In this document: positions 47,435 through 55,537 of the stretch, in pieces
Layout: every line of letters starts with the position of its first letter
How positions within the stretch are numbered: position 1 is the first letter of the stretch
Assembly (NCBI GenBank): GCA_021801925.1
Contig: JAKABH010000001.1
Span: 7,964-71,963, forward strand
Direction of reading: 5' to 3'
From: Thermoplasmata archaeon
GTDB lineage: Archaea > Thermoplasmatota > Thermoplasmata > Lutacidiplasmatales > UBA184
Length of the DNA stretch: 64,000 bases
Translations under genes and position numbers: made by a program
The notes under the pieces: generated by a model
What the model was told of the DNA's origin: nothing
What the model saw: the letters and a program-made list of their open reading frames with translations, nothing else
The model's database searches: none

Positions 47435-48499
47435 CTACCCCCGGTCGACCTCGGCGGCGCAGCGGTCGCAGAGGAGGCCGTGCGGGTCGGGGCCGAGCGG
47501 GGTGCCGCAGAGCGGGCAGGTCGCCCGCGCGTCGGCCGCGGCGATCAGCTCCTGCACGCTCGTCCGCAGCGCGGGGTTCGCGTTCGCGGCCGAAGACTCG
47601 GGCCGGGGCGATTCCCCCGGCGCGGCGGGGAGGAGCGCGTCCAGGCGCGCCCGGTAGACGCCGGTCCGGCGGTCGAAGGCGACGACCCCGCGCGCCGCGA
47701 GCCCCTGCAGCGCGGAGTCGATGAGCTCGCGGACGCCCCCGAAGACGTGGGCGACCTCGATCGCCGTGAGGCCGTTCGATTCCACGATCGTCGGGAGGAG
47801 GCGGGCGGCGAGCAGCGGGACCTCCCCGCGGCCGGTCCACTGGTCGACGTACCACCCGACGCGCGCGGGGCGGACGACCCGGCGGGCCGGCGCCAATCGA
47901 CCGGCCCGGGGATCGGCAAGGAGGAGCGACCGGACGAGATCGAGTTCGTAGATCACCCGCTCCTCCGGATAGTAGGCGAGCACCGCCACCCCGAACGGCA
48001 GCAGGCCCCGCTGCCGGCACGCCGCCACCCCCTCGGGGAGGCTCCGCAGCAGCGTCGGGAGGGTGACCCGCGGCCCGCCCGCCGCCGCCCGGTCCTCCTC
48101 GGCTCGGGAGCGGGGCAGGTAATGCTCCCGGAGGAGGAACCGGGCGATCGTGCGCGCCGGCGGGGCCCCCGCGTCGGAGACGATCTCGGCGCTCCCGTCC
48201 TCCGCGAAGACGGCGGCGGCGAGCGGCCGCAGGAACGCCCACGCCGGCCCGGCCTCGGGCGGGTCGTCGAGCCGCAGCTCGAGCGGGCCGGCCGGCGGGG
48301 CCTCGCCGCGGAGCAGATCGTAGAAGGAGCCGACCTGCCGGCCCCCCGCGCGGAGATGGAACGAGCCGATCGGCGTCCGCCGCCGGGCCAAGAATTCCTC
48401 GTAGGCCCGGCCGAGCGCCCGTTCGGAGTAGACGTCGTGGCGGTCGCCGGCCCGTTCGCGGGCGAGCGGCTGCAGATCAGCGAGCGCGACGGCGGCCAT
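47435..48499 (-). CDS. Hypothetical protein with winged-helix-like region and C-terminal C4 zinc ribbon
   Basis: Ends CPLCGTPLGPDPHGLLCDRCAAEVDRG. The central TIVESNGLTAIEVAHVFGGVRELIDSALQGLAARGVV resembles a wHTH. Start at MAAVALADL, 23 nt inside the GT4 3' end; the track's longer ORF is rejected. Confidence 0.45.
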   Translation of the reverse strand: MAAVALADLQPLARERAGDRHDVYSERALGRAYEEFLARRRTPIGSFHLRAGGRQVGSFYDLLRGEAPPAGPLELRLDDPPEAGPAWAFLRPLAAAVFAEDGSAEIVSDAGAPPARTIARFLLREHYLPRSRAEEDRAAAGGPRVTLPTLLRSLPEGVAACRQRGLLPFGVAVLAYYPEERVIYELDLVRSLLLADPRAGRLAPARRVVRPARVGWYVDQWTGRGEVPLLAARLLPTIVESNGLTAIEVAHVFGGVRELIDSALQGLAARGVVAFDRRTGVYRARLDALLPAAPGESPRPESSAANANPALRTSVQELIAAADARATCPLCGTPLGPDPHGLLCDRCAAEVDRG

Positions 48500-49685
48500 C
48501 GGGGCTCCGGGCCTCGAGGAGATGCGCGTAGAGGCTGATAAAGCGCCGGGCCATGGCGTCGAGCGAGCCGGTGCGGACGACCTGCTCCCGCCCCCGCGCG
48601 GCGAGCCGCCGGCGGGCGGCCGGGTCCCCGACCAGCTCGGCGAGGACGGCGGAAAGCGCCCCCGGGCTCCGCACGGCCGCGCGCCGCCCGGTCTCCCCGT
48701 CGACGACGAGCTCGGCGGCGCCGCCGTCGTCGGGAGCGATGACCGCCGCGCCGCACGCCATCGCCTCGAGCAGGGCGATGCTCGAGGTGTCGCTCGTCGA
48801 CGGCAGCACGAAGACGTCGCTCTGGCCGAGGAGCGCCGGCTTCTCCTCCTCCGCAACGGGACCGAGGTAGCGGACGCGGCCCGAAAGCCGCGGATCGTCG
48901 CGCAGGCGGGCGCGGACCCGTGCCTCCTCGGGACCGACCCCCCCGACGACCCCGACGACCTCCCCGGTCGTCGCGAGCTCGGCGACCGCGTCCAGGAACC
49001 GGTGGATCCCCTTGTCGACGGTGAGCCGACCGAGGTAGGTGACGAGCGGCCCCCCGCCGAGCCCGCAGCGGGCCCGCCAGTCGGGGGCGGCGATCCCGGG
49101 GCGGAACCGCTCGACGTCGATGCCGTTCGGGACGACCTCCACCGCCCGGCGGAACGGCTTGCGGACGCTCCCCTCGAGGTCGGCGCGGGCCGCCGCGGAC
49201 GGGGCGGTCGCCACGTCGCACCGCCAGTAGAGGCCGAGGTTCCACCACCAGGCGACGCGGAAGAACTGGGGAACGAGCAGCTTCGGCGGCACCGCCTCCG
49301 CCATCGCCCGCAGGTTCGTGTGGAACGTCCCGACCAGCGGGCGGCCGAAGCGCCGGGCGGCGAGGAAGCCGGCGCTGCCGAGGCCCCCGGGCGTGTGCAC
49401 GTGGATCACGTCCGCCGCCGCGGCGCCGCGGGCCCGCCGCGCGGCGGCCCACGGGAAGACCGGCCACCGGTACTGACCGTAGAGGGGGACCGGCACGCTG
49501 CGGAAGCGGGTGACGGCGACGCCGTCGATCTCCTCCTCGCCGTATCCCGGGCCCGTGACGGCCTGGGGCGCGAAGACCCGTACGCGGTGGCCCAGGCCGA
49601 CCAGGCGGCGGGCGAGCGCCCCGGTGACCTGGGCGACCCCGTCCTGCATCGGGGGGTACGAGTCCGTGAAGAAGGCGATCTCCAT
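48477..49685 (-). CDS. Glycosyltransferase family 4 (GT-B, group 1)
   Basis: N-terminal MEIAFFTDSYPPMQDGVA, donor-binding C-domain (LGRLTVDKGIHRFLDA...SDVFVLPSTSDTSSIALLEAMACGAAVIAPDDGGAAELV). Confidence 0.88.
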   Translation of the reverse strand: MEIAFFTDSYPPMQDGVAQVTGALARRLVGLGHRVRVFAPQAVTGPGYGEEEIDGVAVTRFRSVPVPLYGQYRWPVFPWAAARRARGAAAADVIHVHTPGGLGSAGFLAARRFGRPLVGTFHTNLRAMAEAVPPKLLVPQFFRVAWWWNLGLYWRCDVATAPSAAARADLEGSVRKPFRRAVEVVPNGIDVERFRPGIAAPDWRARCGLGGGPLVTYLGRLTVDKGIHRFLDAVAELATTGEVVGVVGGVGPEEARVRARLRDDPRLSGRVRYLGPVAEEEKPALLGQSDVFVLPSTSDTSSIALLEAMACGAAVIAPDDGGAAELVVDGETGRRAAVRSPGALSAVLAELVGDPAARRRLAARGREQVVRTGSLDAMARRFISLYAHLLEARSPDGRRRAR

Positions 49686-49773
49686 CCGCCCCGGCTCCGG
49701 CCCGGACGGGGTCGAGGGGGGTTCGTATGCTTATGGGTCCTCGGGCACGGCCCCGGCGGGGGCCCGCCGCCGC

Positions 49774-50553
49774 TCAGAGGACCGACTGGAACGCCCGCTC
49801 GAGCCGGCTCGCGTCCTTGGCGTCGAGCGCGCGGGGGTCGAACGAGACGATCAGCGCCGAGCCGGTGTCGCGGACCTGGCCGACGAGCCAATGGACGAAC
49901 CGCTGGACGACGTCGAGGGAATGTTCGGTCGCGAGGTACTCGAGGGCGTCTACGTAGACGAGCGCGCCGCCGGCCGCCTCCGTCGGCGCCCGCAGCTGCC
50001 CGCCGATCTCCCCCGGCGTCGGGGGACCGCCCCCGCCGCCCGGTTCGCCGACCGCGATCTCGACCCGCCGCTCGGGCCCGAGGCCCTCCACCGCCGGGGG
50101 ATGGAGGGAAACGAAGGCGACCCGCGGGAAGGCGGCGGCGCCGTCGCGCAGGAGCTCGAGCGACCGGGCCGGCCGTTCCTCGCGCACGAGCACGGTGCGG
50201 CCCGGCCCGATCTTCGGGGCGGGGGGCGGCGCCGGGACGCCGAGCGGGGCCACCCACGGTCGCGTGGCGGTCGGGGGCCGGAAGAGGCTTCCCCACGACG
50301 GGCGGCTCGGGGGGGCGATCATCGCCCGCCGCTTCGCTTCGACCTCCTCGGAGAGGCGCGCGAGCCGGCCCTCGATCAGCATCCGGAGCTCGGCGGCCGT
50401 GTGGCCCCGCGAGGCGTGGCCGAGGACCTCCCGGAGGGCGCTGCGGACCCCTTCCTCGTAGCCGGCGGCGTACGTCCGGGCATACTCCTGGTCGGGGGCG
50501 TCGTCCTCCGCCGGCCGGCGCTCGGCGCCGTCCCGGCGCGGCCCGTCGTTCAC
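49774..50553 (-). CDS. DUF835 domain protein
   Basis: C-terminal DUF835-like block (ALVYVDALEYLATEHSLDVVQRFVHWLVGQVRDTGSALIVSFDPRALD). GTG start overlapping the DUF35 stop (GTGA); the upstream Arg/Gly-rich part of the 402-aa ORF is rejected as shadow sequence. Family call is from memory. Confidence 0.5.
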   Translation of the reverse strand: MNDGPRRDGAERRPAEDDAPDQEYARTYAAGYEEGVRSALREVLGHASRGHTAAELRMLIEGRLARLSEEVEAKRRAMIAPPSRPSWGSLFRPPTATRPWVAPLGVPAPPPAPKIGPGRTVLVREERPARSLELLRDGAAAFPRVAFVSLHPPAVEGLGPERRVEIAVGEPGGGGGPPTPGEIGGQLRAPTEAAGGALVYVDALEYLATEHSLDVVQRFVHWLVGQVRDTGSALIVSFDPRALDAKDASRLERAFQSVL

Positions 50554-51041
50554 GCCGTCGTGCGGTCGGCGCCGGTCGGCGCCGACGCGACGGCCCGCTC
50601 CGTCCGTCGGGGCGGGAGGGCCGATCCGTTCCCGGGCTCCACCGGGGCGAACTTGTAGCCGTAGTGGATCACGCCGGCCTTCCCTTCCTCCCGCAGCTTG
50701 CGGAACGTCGCCCGGACCGAAAGGCCGATGCGGACGGACGCCGGGTCGACGTCGACGACCTGGCCGGTAAGGATCGGTCCCTCGACGGTCTTGACCAGCG
50801 CCACGACGTAGGGGACCTGCATCTCGAACCCCTCGGCCGCCTCGTGGACGACCGTGTAGGAGAAGACGGTCCCCTCGCCGCCCAGCTGGAACGGGGCCAT
50901 CTGGGCGAGCGTCTCGCGGTGGTGGGGACAGGCCGGGCAGACCGCGCGCGGGGGGAAGTAGACGGTCCCGCAGCGGCCGCACTTCGATCCGCCGAGGTTG
51001 TACCGCCGGGGGGTCTCGCGCCAGAAACGTGCGATCGACAT
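50550..51041 (-). CDS. DUF35 (Zn-ribbon plus OB-fold) protein, scaffold partner of the thiolase/HMG-CoA synthase complex
   Basis: Rubredoxin-like CGRCGTVYFPPRAVCPACPH followed by OB fold (GEGTVFSYTVVHEAAEGFEMQVPYVVALVKTVEGPILTG). Conserved gene triad with thiolase and HMGS. Confidence 0.85.
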   Translation of the reverse strand: MSIARFWRETPRRYNLGGSKCGRCGTVYFPPRAVCPACPHHRETLAQMAPFQLGGEGTVFSYTVVHEAAEGFEMQVPYVVALVKTVEGPILTGQVVDVDPASVRIGLSVRATFRKLREEGKAGVIHYGYKFAPVEPGNGSALPPRRTERAVASAPTGADRTTA

Positions 51042-51049
51042 GGCCCCTC

Positions 51050-52219
51050 CTAGTTCACCCGCTCCAGCAGGTGGACGACGCTCGTGGCCCCGGTGCCGCC
51101 GACGTCGTGGGCCAAGCCGAGGGTCGCGCCGGCGACCTGGCGCTCCTTCGCCTCGCCCCTCAGCTGCCGGACGATCTCGACGACTTGGGCGACCCCGACG
51201 GCCCCGAACGGCCGTCCCTGGGCCTTGAGGCCCCCGGACGGGTTCACGACGGTCCGCCCGCCCGGCCCGAAGCCGCCGGCCTCGAACGCCGGGCCCCCCT
51301 GCCCCTTCTCCGCGAAGCCGAGGTCCTCGAGCGCGAGAAGCGCGCTGATCGTGTAGGCGTCGTGGATCTCCGCGACCCGCACGTCGGCCGGGGCGCGCCG
51401 CGCCCGCGCGAACGCTCGGCGCGCCGCCGCCGCCGTGGCCGCGAGCGCGGTGATGTCGGCGCGGTGCTGGACCGCCATCGTGTCCGAGGCGACCTCGCTC
51501 GCCGCGATGCGGATCGGCGAATCGGTGTGGCGGCGCGCGACCTCGAGGGGACCCAGGACGACCGCCGCGGCGCCGTCGGAGAGCGGGGCGCAGTCGAGCA
51601 TCCCGAGCGGCTCGGCGACCGGGGCGGCGCCGACGACCTGCTCGACCGACAGCCGGTTGCGGTAGTGGGCGAGCGGGTTCTTCCCCGCCATCTCGTGGTC
51701 GTGGACCGCGACGCGGGCGAGCTGCTCGCGCGTCGTCCCGTAGTCGTGCATGTGGCGCCGGGCGATGAGCGCCCAGAGCGCGGGCAGGGTCGCCCCGAAG
51801 ACGACCTCCCACTCGTGGTCGGCCGTGGCGCTCGCGATCTGGTTCGCGGTCGCGTCGGCGACGTCCGTCATCTTCTCCGCCCCGCCGACGACGACGTAGT
51901 CGTACAGTCCGCTCGCCACGGCGAGGTATCCTTCGTGGAGCGCGAGGGCGCCCGAGGCGCCGCCGCCCTCGACGCGGATCGCCGGCAGGTGGCGGCCGAC
52001 GAGCCCCGCGTAGTCGAGGATGAGCGGGGCGATGTGCTCCTGCGAGAGGAGCGAGCCGGACGCCATGTTGCCGAGGTAGAGCGCGTGGACGTCCCCGCTT
52101 CCGAGCTTCGCGTCGACGAGCGCCTCGAGGCCCGCCTCGATCCCGATCTCGCGGAACGAGCGGTCCCACAGCTCGCCGAACTTCGTCTGGCCGACGCCCA
52201 GGACGGCGACCTCGCGCAT
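51050..52219 (-). CDS. Acetyl-CoA C-acetyltransferase (archaeal thiolase)
   Basis: VAVLGVGQTKFGEL, active-site region NPSGGLKAQGRPFGAVGV, YDYVVVGGAEKM. Confidence 0.9.
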   Translation of the reverse strand: MREVAVLGVGQTKFGELWDRSFREIGIEAGLEALVDAKLGSGDVHALYLGNMASGSLLSQEHIAPLILDYAGLVGRHLPAIRVEGGGASGALALHEGYLAVASGLYDYVVVGGAEKMTDVADATANQIASATADHEWEVVFGATLPALWALIARRHMHDYGTTREQLARVAVHDHEMAGKNPLAHYRNRLSVEQVVGAAPVAEPLGMLDCAPLSDGAAAVVLGPLEVARRHTDSPIRIAASEVASDTMAVQHRADITALAATAAAARRAFARARRAPADVRVAEIHDAYTISALLALEDLGFAEKGQGGPAFEAGGFGPGGRTVVNPSGGLKAQGRPFGAVGVAQVVEIVRQLRGEAKERQVAGATLGLAHDVGGTGATSVVHLLERVN

Positions 52220-52221
52220 CG

Positions 52222-53274
52222 TCAGCTCCCTCCCATGTGGATCTTCCCCCGGAACTTCGCGTAGACGGCGTAGGGGATCTCGACGCCGGGGTCGAGGTAC
52301 TGCTGGACCGGCGCCCCGAACGAACGGTCGTACCGGTCGATCTCGTCGGTCACCTCGAGGTCGAAGGCGTCGGAGCCGGCGCCGGACCCGTAGCCGACGA
52401 CCAGGATCCGTTCGTCCGGCCGGGCGTGGTCGAGGACGTTCGCGAGCCCGATCAGCGACGCGCCGGAGTAGGTGTTGCCGATGTACGGCGTCACGAGCCC
52501 ATAGCGCATCTGCGCGTCGGTGAACCCGAGCTGCTTGCCGACCCGCTGCGGGAACTTCCCGTTCGGCTGGTGGAAGACGACGTGGGCGTAGTCGGCCGGG
52601 CCGGTCCCCTCGGCCTCGAACATCTGGCGGGCGCACTCCGTCACGTGGCGGAAGTAGGCCGGCTCGCCGGTGAAGCGGCCGCCGTGGCTCGGGTACCGCT
52701 GCCCCTCCCGCCGCCAGAAATCGGGCGTGTCGGTCGTGTAGGAGAGCGTCCGGCGGACCCGCGCCAGCATGCGCTCCCGGCCGATCACCAGCGCGGCGCC
52801 GCCGGCGCTGGCGGAGTACTCGAGCGCGTCCCCCGGCGCCCCCTGCGAGGTGTCGGTCCCGATCGCGACGCCGTAGCGGACCATCCCCGCGCCGACGAGG
52901 CCGAGGCACGTCTGGACCGCCGCGGTGCCGGCCTTGCAGGCGAACTCGAAGTCCGCCGCGGTGAGGTTCGGGGTCGCCCCGACCGCCGAGGCGACGACGG
53001 TCGCGGTCGGCTTGACCGCGTAGGGATGCGACTCCGAGCCGACGTAGATCGCGCCGATCTGCTGCGGGTCGATCCCTCCGCGGACGAGCGCGACGCGCAG
53101 GGCCTCCGTCGAGATCGTGATCGTGTCCTCGTCGGGCGCGGGCACGCTCTTCCGGAGCACGTTCAGGCTCTGTCCCATCCCCTCGCCGTCGGCGCCCCAG
53201 ACCCGCCCGATCTCGGTCGGCGTGATCCGATACCGCGGTACATAGACCCCGTAGCTCACGATCCCTGCGTCCAT
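52222..53274 (-). CDS. Hydroxymethylglutaryl-CoA synthase (archaeal type)
   Basis: [25 protein letters not shown] (catalytic Cys), [28 protein letters not shown]. Confidence 0.9.
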   Translation of the reverse strand: MDAGIVSYGVYVPRYRITPTEIGRVWGADGEGMGQSLNVLRKSVPAPDEDTITISTEALRVALVRGGIDPQQIGAIYVGSESHPYAVKPTATVVASAVGATPNLTAADFEFACKAGTAAVQTCLGLVGAGMVRYGVAIGTDTSQGAPGDALEYSASAGGAALVIGRERMLARVRRTLSYTTDTPDFWRREGQRYPSHGGRFTGEPAYFRHVTECARQMFEAEGTGPADYAHVVFHQPNGKFPQRVGKQLGFTDAQMRYGLVTPYIGNTYSGASLIGLANVLDHARPDERILVVGYGSGAGSDAFDLEVTDEIDRYDRSFGAPVQQYLDPGVEIPYAVYAKFRGKIHMGGS

Positions 53275-53299
53275 CGTTCCCTCCCTCCGTGGTGTGTTC

Positions 53300-53977
53300 C
53301 TACAGTGCTTCGAGACGTTCCAAGAGCGCCGGCGCCTGCAGCGGCGTCGACAGCAGGGGGATGTTCTCCACCTCCGAGAGGCGGATCGCGAGCGGGTCGA
53401 CCCGGCCCGGCGCCGCGAAGACGACCGCCGCCGGCTTGAGCGGATGGGCGCGGATGGCGACCATCGGGGAGCGGCCGAACTTCACGTTGGAGAAGATCAA
53501 CGCCCGCTGGGTCGTCCAGCCGTAGACCTCGACGAACCGCGAGGCGTCGATGGAGAGGATCGCCCGCGGCGCGTCGAGCACGGTGAAGCCGTGGAGGTCG
53601 CGGTGGAGGTCGACGCGGCTCACGGGGCGGGCGTCGAGCTGGTCCGCGAGCGACTTCAGCGGGATCGCGACGGCGAACTCCCGCATCCCGAGGATCCCGT
53701 CGGAGTGGGCCCGTACGCCGAGCCGCTGCCCGACCTTGCTGCCGTGCTGGGCGTCGACGGCGAGGAGGGCATCGACATACCGCCGGATGAAGCCGGCGCC
53801 CGGGCTCGCCCGCCGCTCCGACTCGTAGTCGGAGATCACCGACGGCACCGTCGTGAGGTGCTGGGCGAGGTCCCGCTGCGAGATGCCGAAATCCTCGCGC
53901 CACTTGCGGAGCGTGCGCCCCGGGTGGGGGGACAGGACGACCTCCCCCGCGATCTTCTCGCGGATCTCCGCGTCCAC
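53300..53977 (-). CDS. XRE-family HTH transcriptional regulator with ~140-aa C-terminal effector domain
   Basis: HTH_XRE ([34 protein letters not shown]). GTG start. Directly upstream of the HMGS-thiolase-DUF35 module on the same strand. Confidence 0.6.
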   Translation of the reverse strand: MDAEIREKIAGEVVLSPHPGRTLRKWREDFGISQRDLAQHLTTVPSVISDYESERRASPGAGFIRRYVDALLAVDAQHGSKVGQRLGVRAHSDGILGMREFAVAIPLKSLADQLDARPVSRVDLHRDLHGFTVLDAPRAILSIDASRFVEVYGWTTQRALIFSNVKFGRSPMVAIRAHPLKPAAVVFAAPGRVDPLAIRLSEVENIPLLSTPLQAPALLERLEAL

Positions 53978-54000
53978 GGTTGCCGCCGAGCGAGCCCCGG

Positions 54001-54007
54001 TATAAAG
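54001..54007 (-). promoter_or_regulatory. Candidate TATA box (CTTTATA on the minus strand) 24 nt upstream of the regulator start
   Basis: ggtataaaggcc; leaderless geometry. Confidence 0.45.
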
Positions 54008-54070
54008 GCCTAGGCTTGCTGTCGGTGTACGGGCTCGACAGCCGCCGAACCCTCTCCCGGCCGGGAGGAG

Positions 54071-54175
54071 TGGACTGGGCGAGATTCCCCGGCCCGGGGC
54101 GTGCGGCCCCGGGACCCTTTGAACTCGCGACCTCTACCTTGCCAAGGTAGCGATCTTCCGCTGATCTACCAGCCC
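54071..54175 (-). tRNA. tRNA-Ala (anticodon GGC) with G3:U70 identity pair and a putative 33-nt T-loop intron
   Basis: Minus-strand sequence GGGCTGGTAGATCAGCGGAAGATCGCTACCTTGGCAAGGTAGAGGTCGCGAGTTCAAA[GGGTCCCGGGGCCGCACGCCCCGGGCCGGGGAA]TCTCGCCCAGTCCA. All four stems pair, anticodon loop is TTGGCAA, and the acceptor 3' strand CCAGTCC gives the G3:U70 wobble. Confidence 0.6.
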
Positions 54176-54362
54176 ACCGGTCGGTCGGACGCCCGGTGCA
54201 GGATAAAATCTTCTCGGCCGCCGCCCCCGCCCGGACGGCCTCGGGTGGCCGCGGCCCCGGGGCGCTCCGTCCGGGGCCGCATCGGGGGCCGCTCCCGCCG
54301 ACCGGCCCTCGACCGGACGCTCCGGCCAAACCCTTATCCCTCGCCGCCGGCTCCGCCGGCCG

Positions 54363-54719
54363 ATGCCCGAGAGCGGCTCGAGCGAGCCGATCGACCTGGT
54401 CGTCCGGAGCGCCCGCGACCTGTTGCGGCCCGAGGAACTGCTGCGCGAGGCGACGCGCGATCTTGTGAAGGAGGAGATCCGCCACCACCTGGAGAAGACG
54501 CTCCGGGACGATCCGAAGCTCGCCCGGGACCTGCGCGACGCCGTCCGGGACCTCTTGGAGGCGCGCGCGCGGGAGTATGCGGCGGTGCTGCGCGTCGGCG
54601 CCGCGACCGCCCGGCTGGGCCTCTCCGCGCTTCCCCCCGACGTGCGGCGGTCGCTGACCGAGGACGTGGTGAAGTTCCTCTCCCAGGAGATCGGCAACAT
54701 CGCGGAGCGGACGCTCTAG
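54363..54719 (+). CDS. Small all-helical hypothetical protein (118 aa), probable partner of the downstream PAC2-family protein
   Basis: Charged heptad-like helices (LLREATRDLVKEEIRHHLEKTLRDDPKLARDLRDAVRDLLEARAREYAAVL). Stop lies 2 nt before the PAC2 start. Confidence 0.5.
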   Translation: MPESGSSEPIDLVVRSARDLLRPEELLREATRDLVKEEIRHHLEKTLRDDPKLARDLRDAVRDLLEARAREYAAVLRVGAATARLGLSALPPDVRRSLTEDVVKFLSQEIGNIAERTL

Positions 54720-54721
54720 CG

Positions 54722-55537
54722 ATGCCGGCGCTCGCGGCGGACCAGGTCAAGATCTACGAGATCAAGCGGGTCGACGTCGAGGGGGCGATCGTCATCGACG
54801 GCTTCCCGTCCGTCGGCCTCGTGAGCTCGATCGTCGCGAACTACCTCATCGACACGCTCGAGATGGAGCAGATCGGCATCGTGGAGTCGCCGGCGTTCCC
54901 CACCGTCTCGCTCGTCCGCAACGGCAACCCCCAGCACCCGGTCCGGATCTACGCCGGCCGCCCCCCGGCCGACCGCGCCGGGCGCGGCGCCGACAAGATC
55001 GTCGCCTTCGTCTCCGAGTTCCACCCCGCCCCCGCGATCATCCACCCGCTCGCCCACTCGATCCTCGATTGGGTCCAGGAGCAGCGCTGCTCGCTGCTCG
55101 TCTCCCCGGAGGGGCTCAGCGTCGAGGCCGATCCGCACCGCGCGAAGAGCCGGGGGACCCGCCTGCACGACGTGAAGGTCTACGGCGTCGCGAGCACGCG
55201 CAAGGCCCGCGAGCTGTACATCGAGCCGAACATGATCCCGTTCGCGGAGGGGGTCATCACCGGCATCGCGGGCGTGCTGCTCAACGAGGGCCGCCGCCGC
55301 GGCTTCGACGTCCTCACGTTCCTCGCCGAGGCGCAGGCGGACTACCCGGACGCCCGCGCCGCGGCGAAGGTGATCGAGACGATCAACGCGATCCTCCTCC
55401 GGACCCCGCTCGACCCCGTGCCGCTCTACGCCGAGGCCGGGCGGATCGAGCAGCAGCTCCTCTCGATCCAGCGCCACGCCGCCGAGCGGGCGCGGCCGGA
55501 CGACGGCGCGAACCCGTCCCCGCCGATGTACCGGTAG
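54722..55537 (+). CDS. PAC2-family proteasome assembly chaperone / activator (PbaA/PbaB-like) with C-terminal Hb-Y-X motif
   Basis: PAC2 signature (GAIVIDGFPSVGLVSSIVANYLID). Polypeptide terminates ...SPPMYR (M-Y-R). Confidence 0.75.
   Translation: MPALAADQVKIYEIKRVDVEGAIVIDGFPSVGLVSSIVANYLIDTLEMEQIGIVESPAFPTVSLVRNGNPQHPVRIYAGRPPADRAGRGADKIVAFVSEFHPAPAIIHPLAHSILDWVQEQRCSLLVSPEGLSVEADPHRAKSRGTRLHDVKVYGVASTRKARELYIEPNMIPFAEGVITGIAGVLLNEGRRRGFDVLTFLAEAQADYPDARAAAKVIETINAILLRTPLDPVPLYAEAGRIEQQLLSIQRHAAERARPDDGANPSPPMYR

Noticed and set aside
47435-48856. 473-aa version of the zinc-ribbon protein ORF and the overlapping 504-aa ORF
   Set aside because: The N-terminal 120 aa (MRRRRSRRSSARATSS...) are Arg/Ser junk antisense to the GT4 gene. 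The in-frame Met at 48499 gives a sensible protein.
55383-55537. 155-nt convergent overlap between the cysteine desulfurase tail and the PAC2 3' end
   Set aside because: The desulfurase fold ends near ...VRELLARL. The remaining Arg-rich ~50 aa are most likely non-functional read-through to the first stop, not a real overlapping domain.
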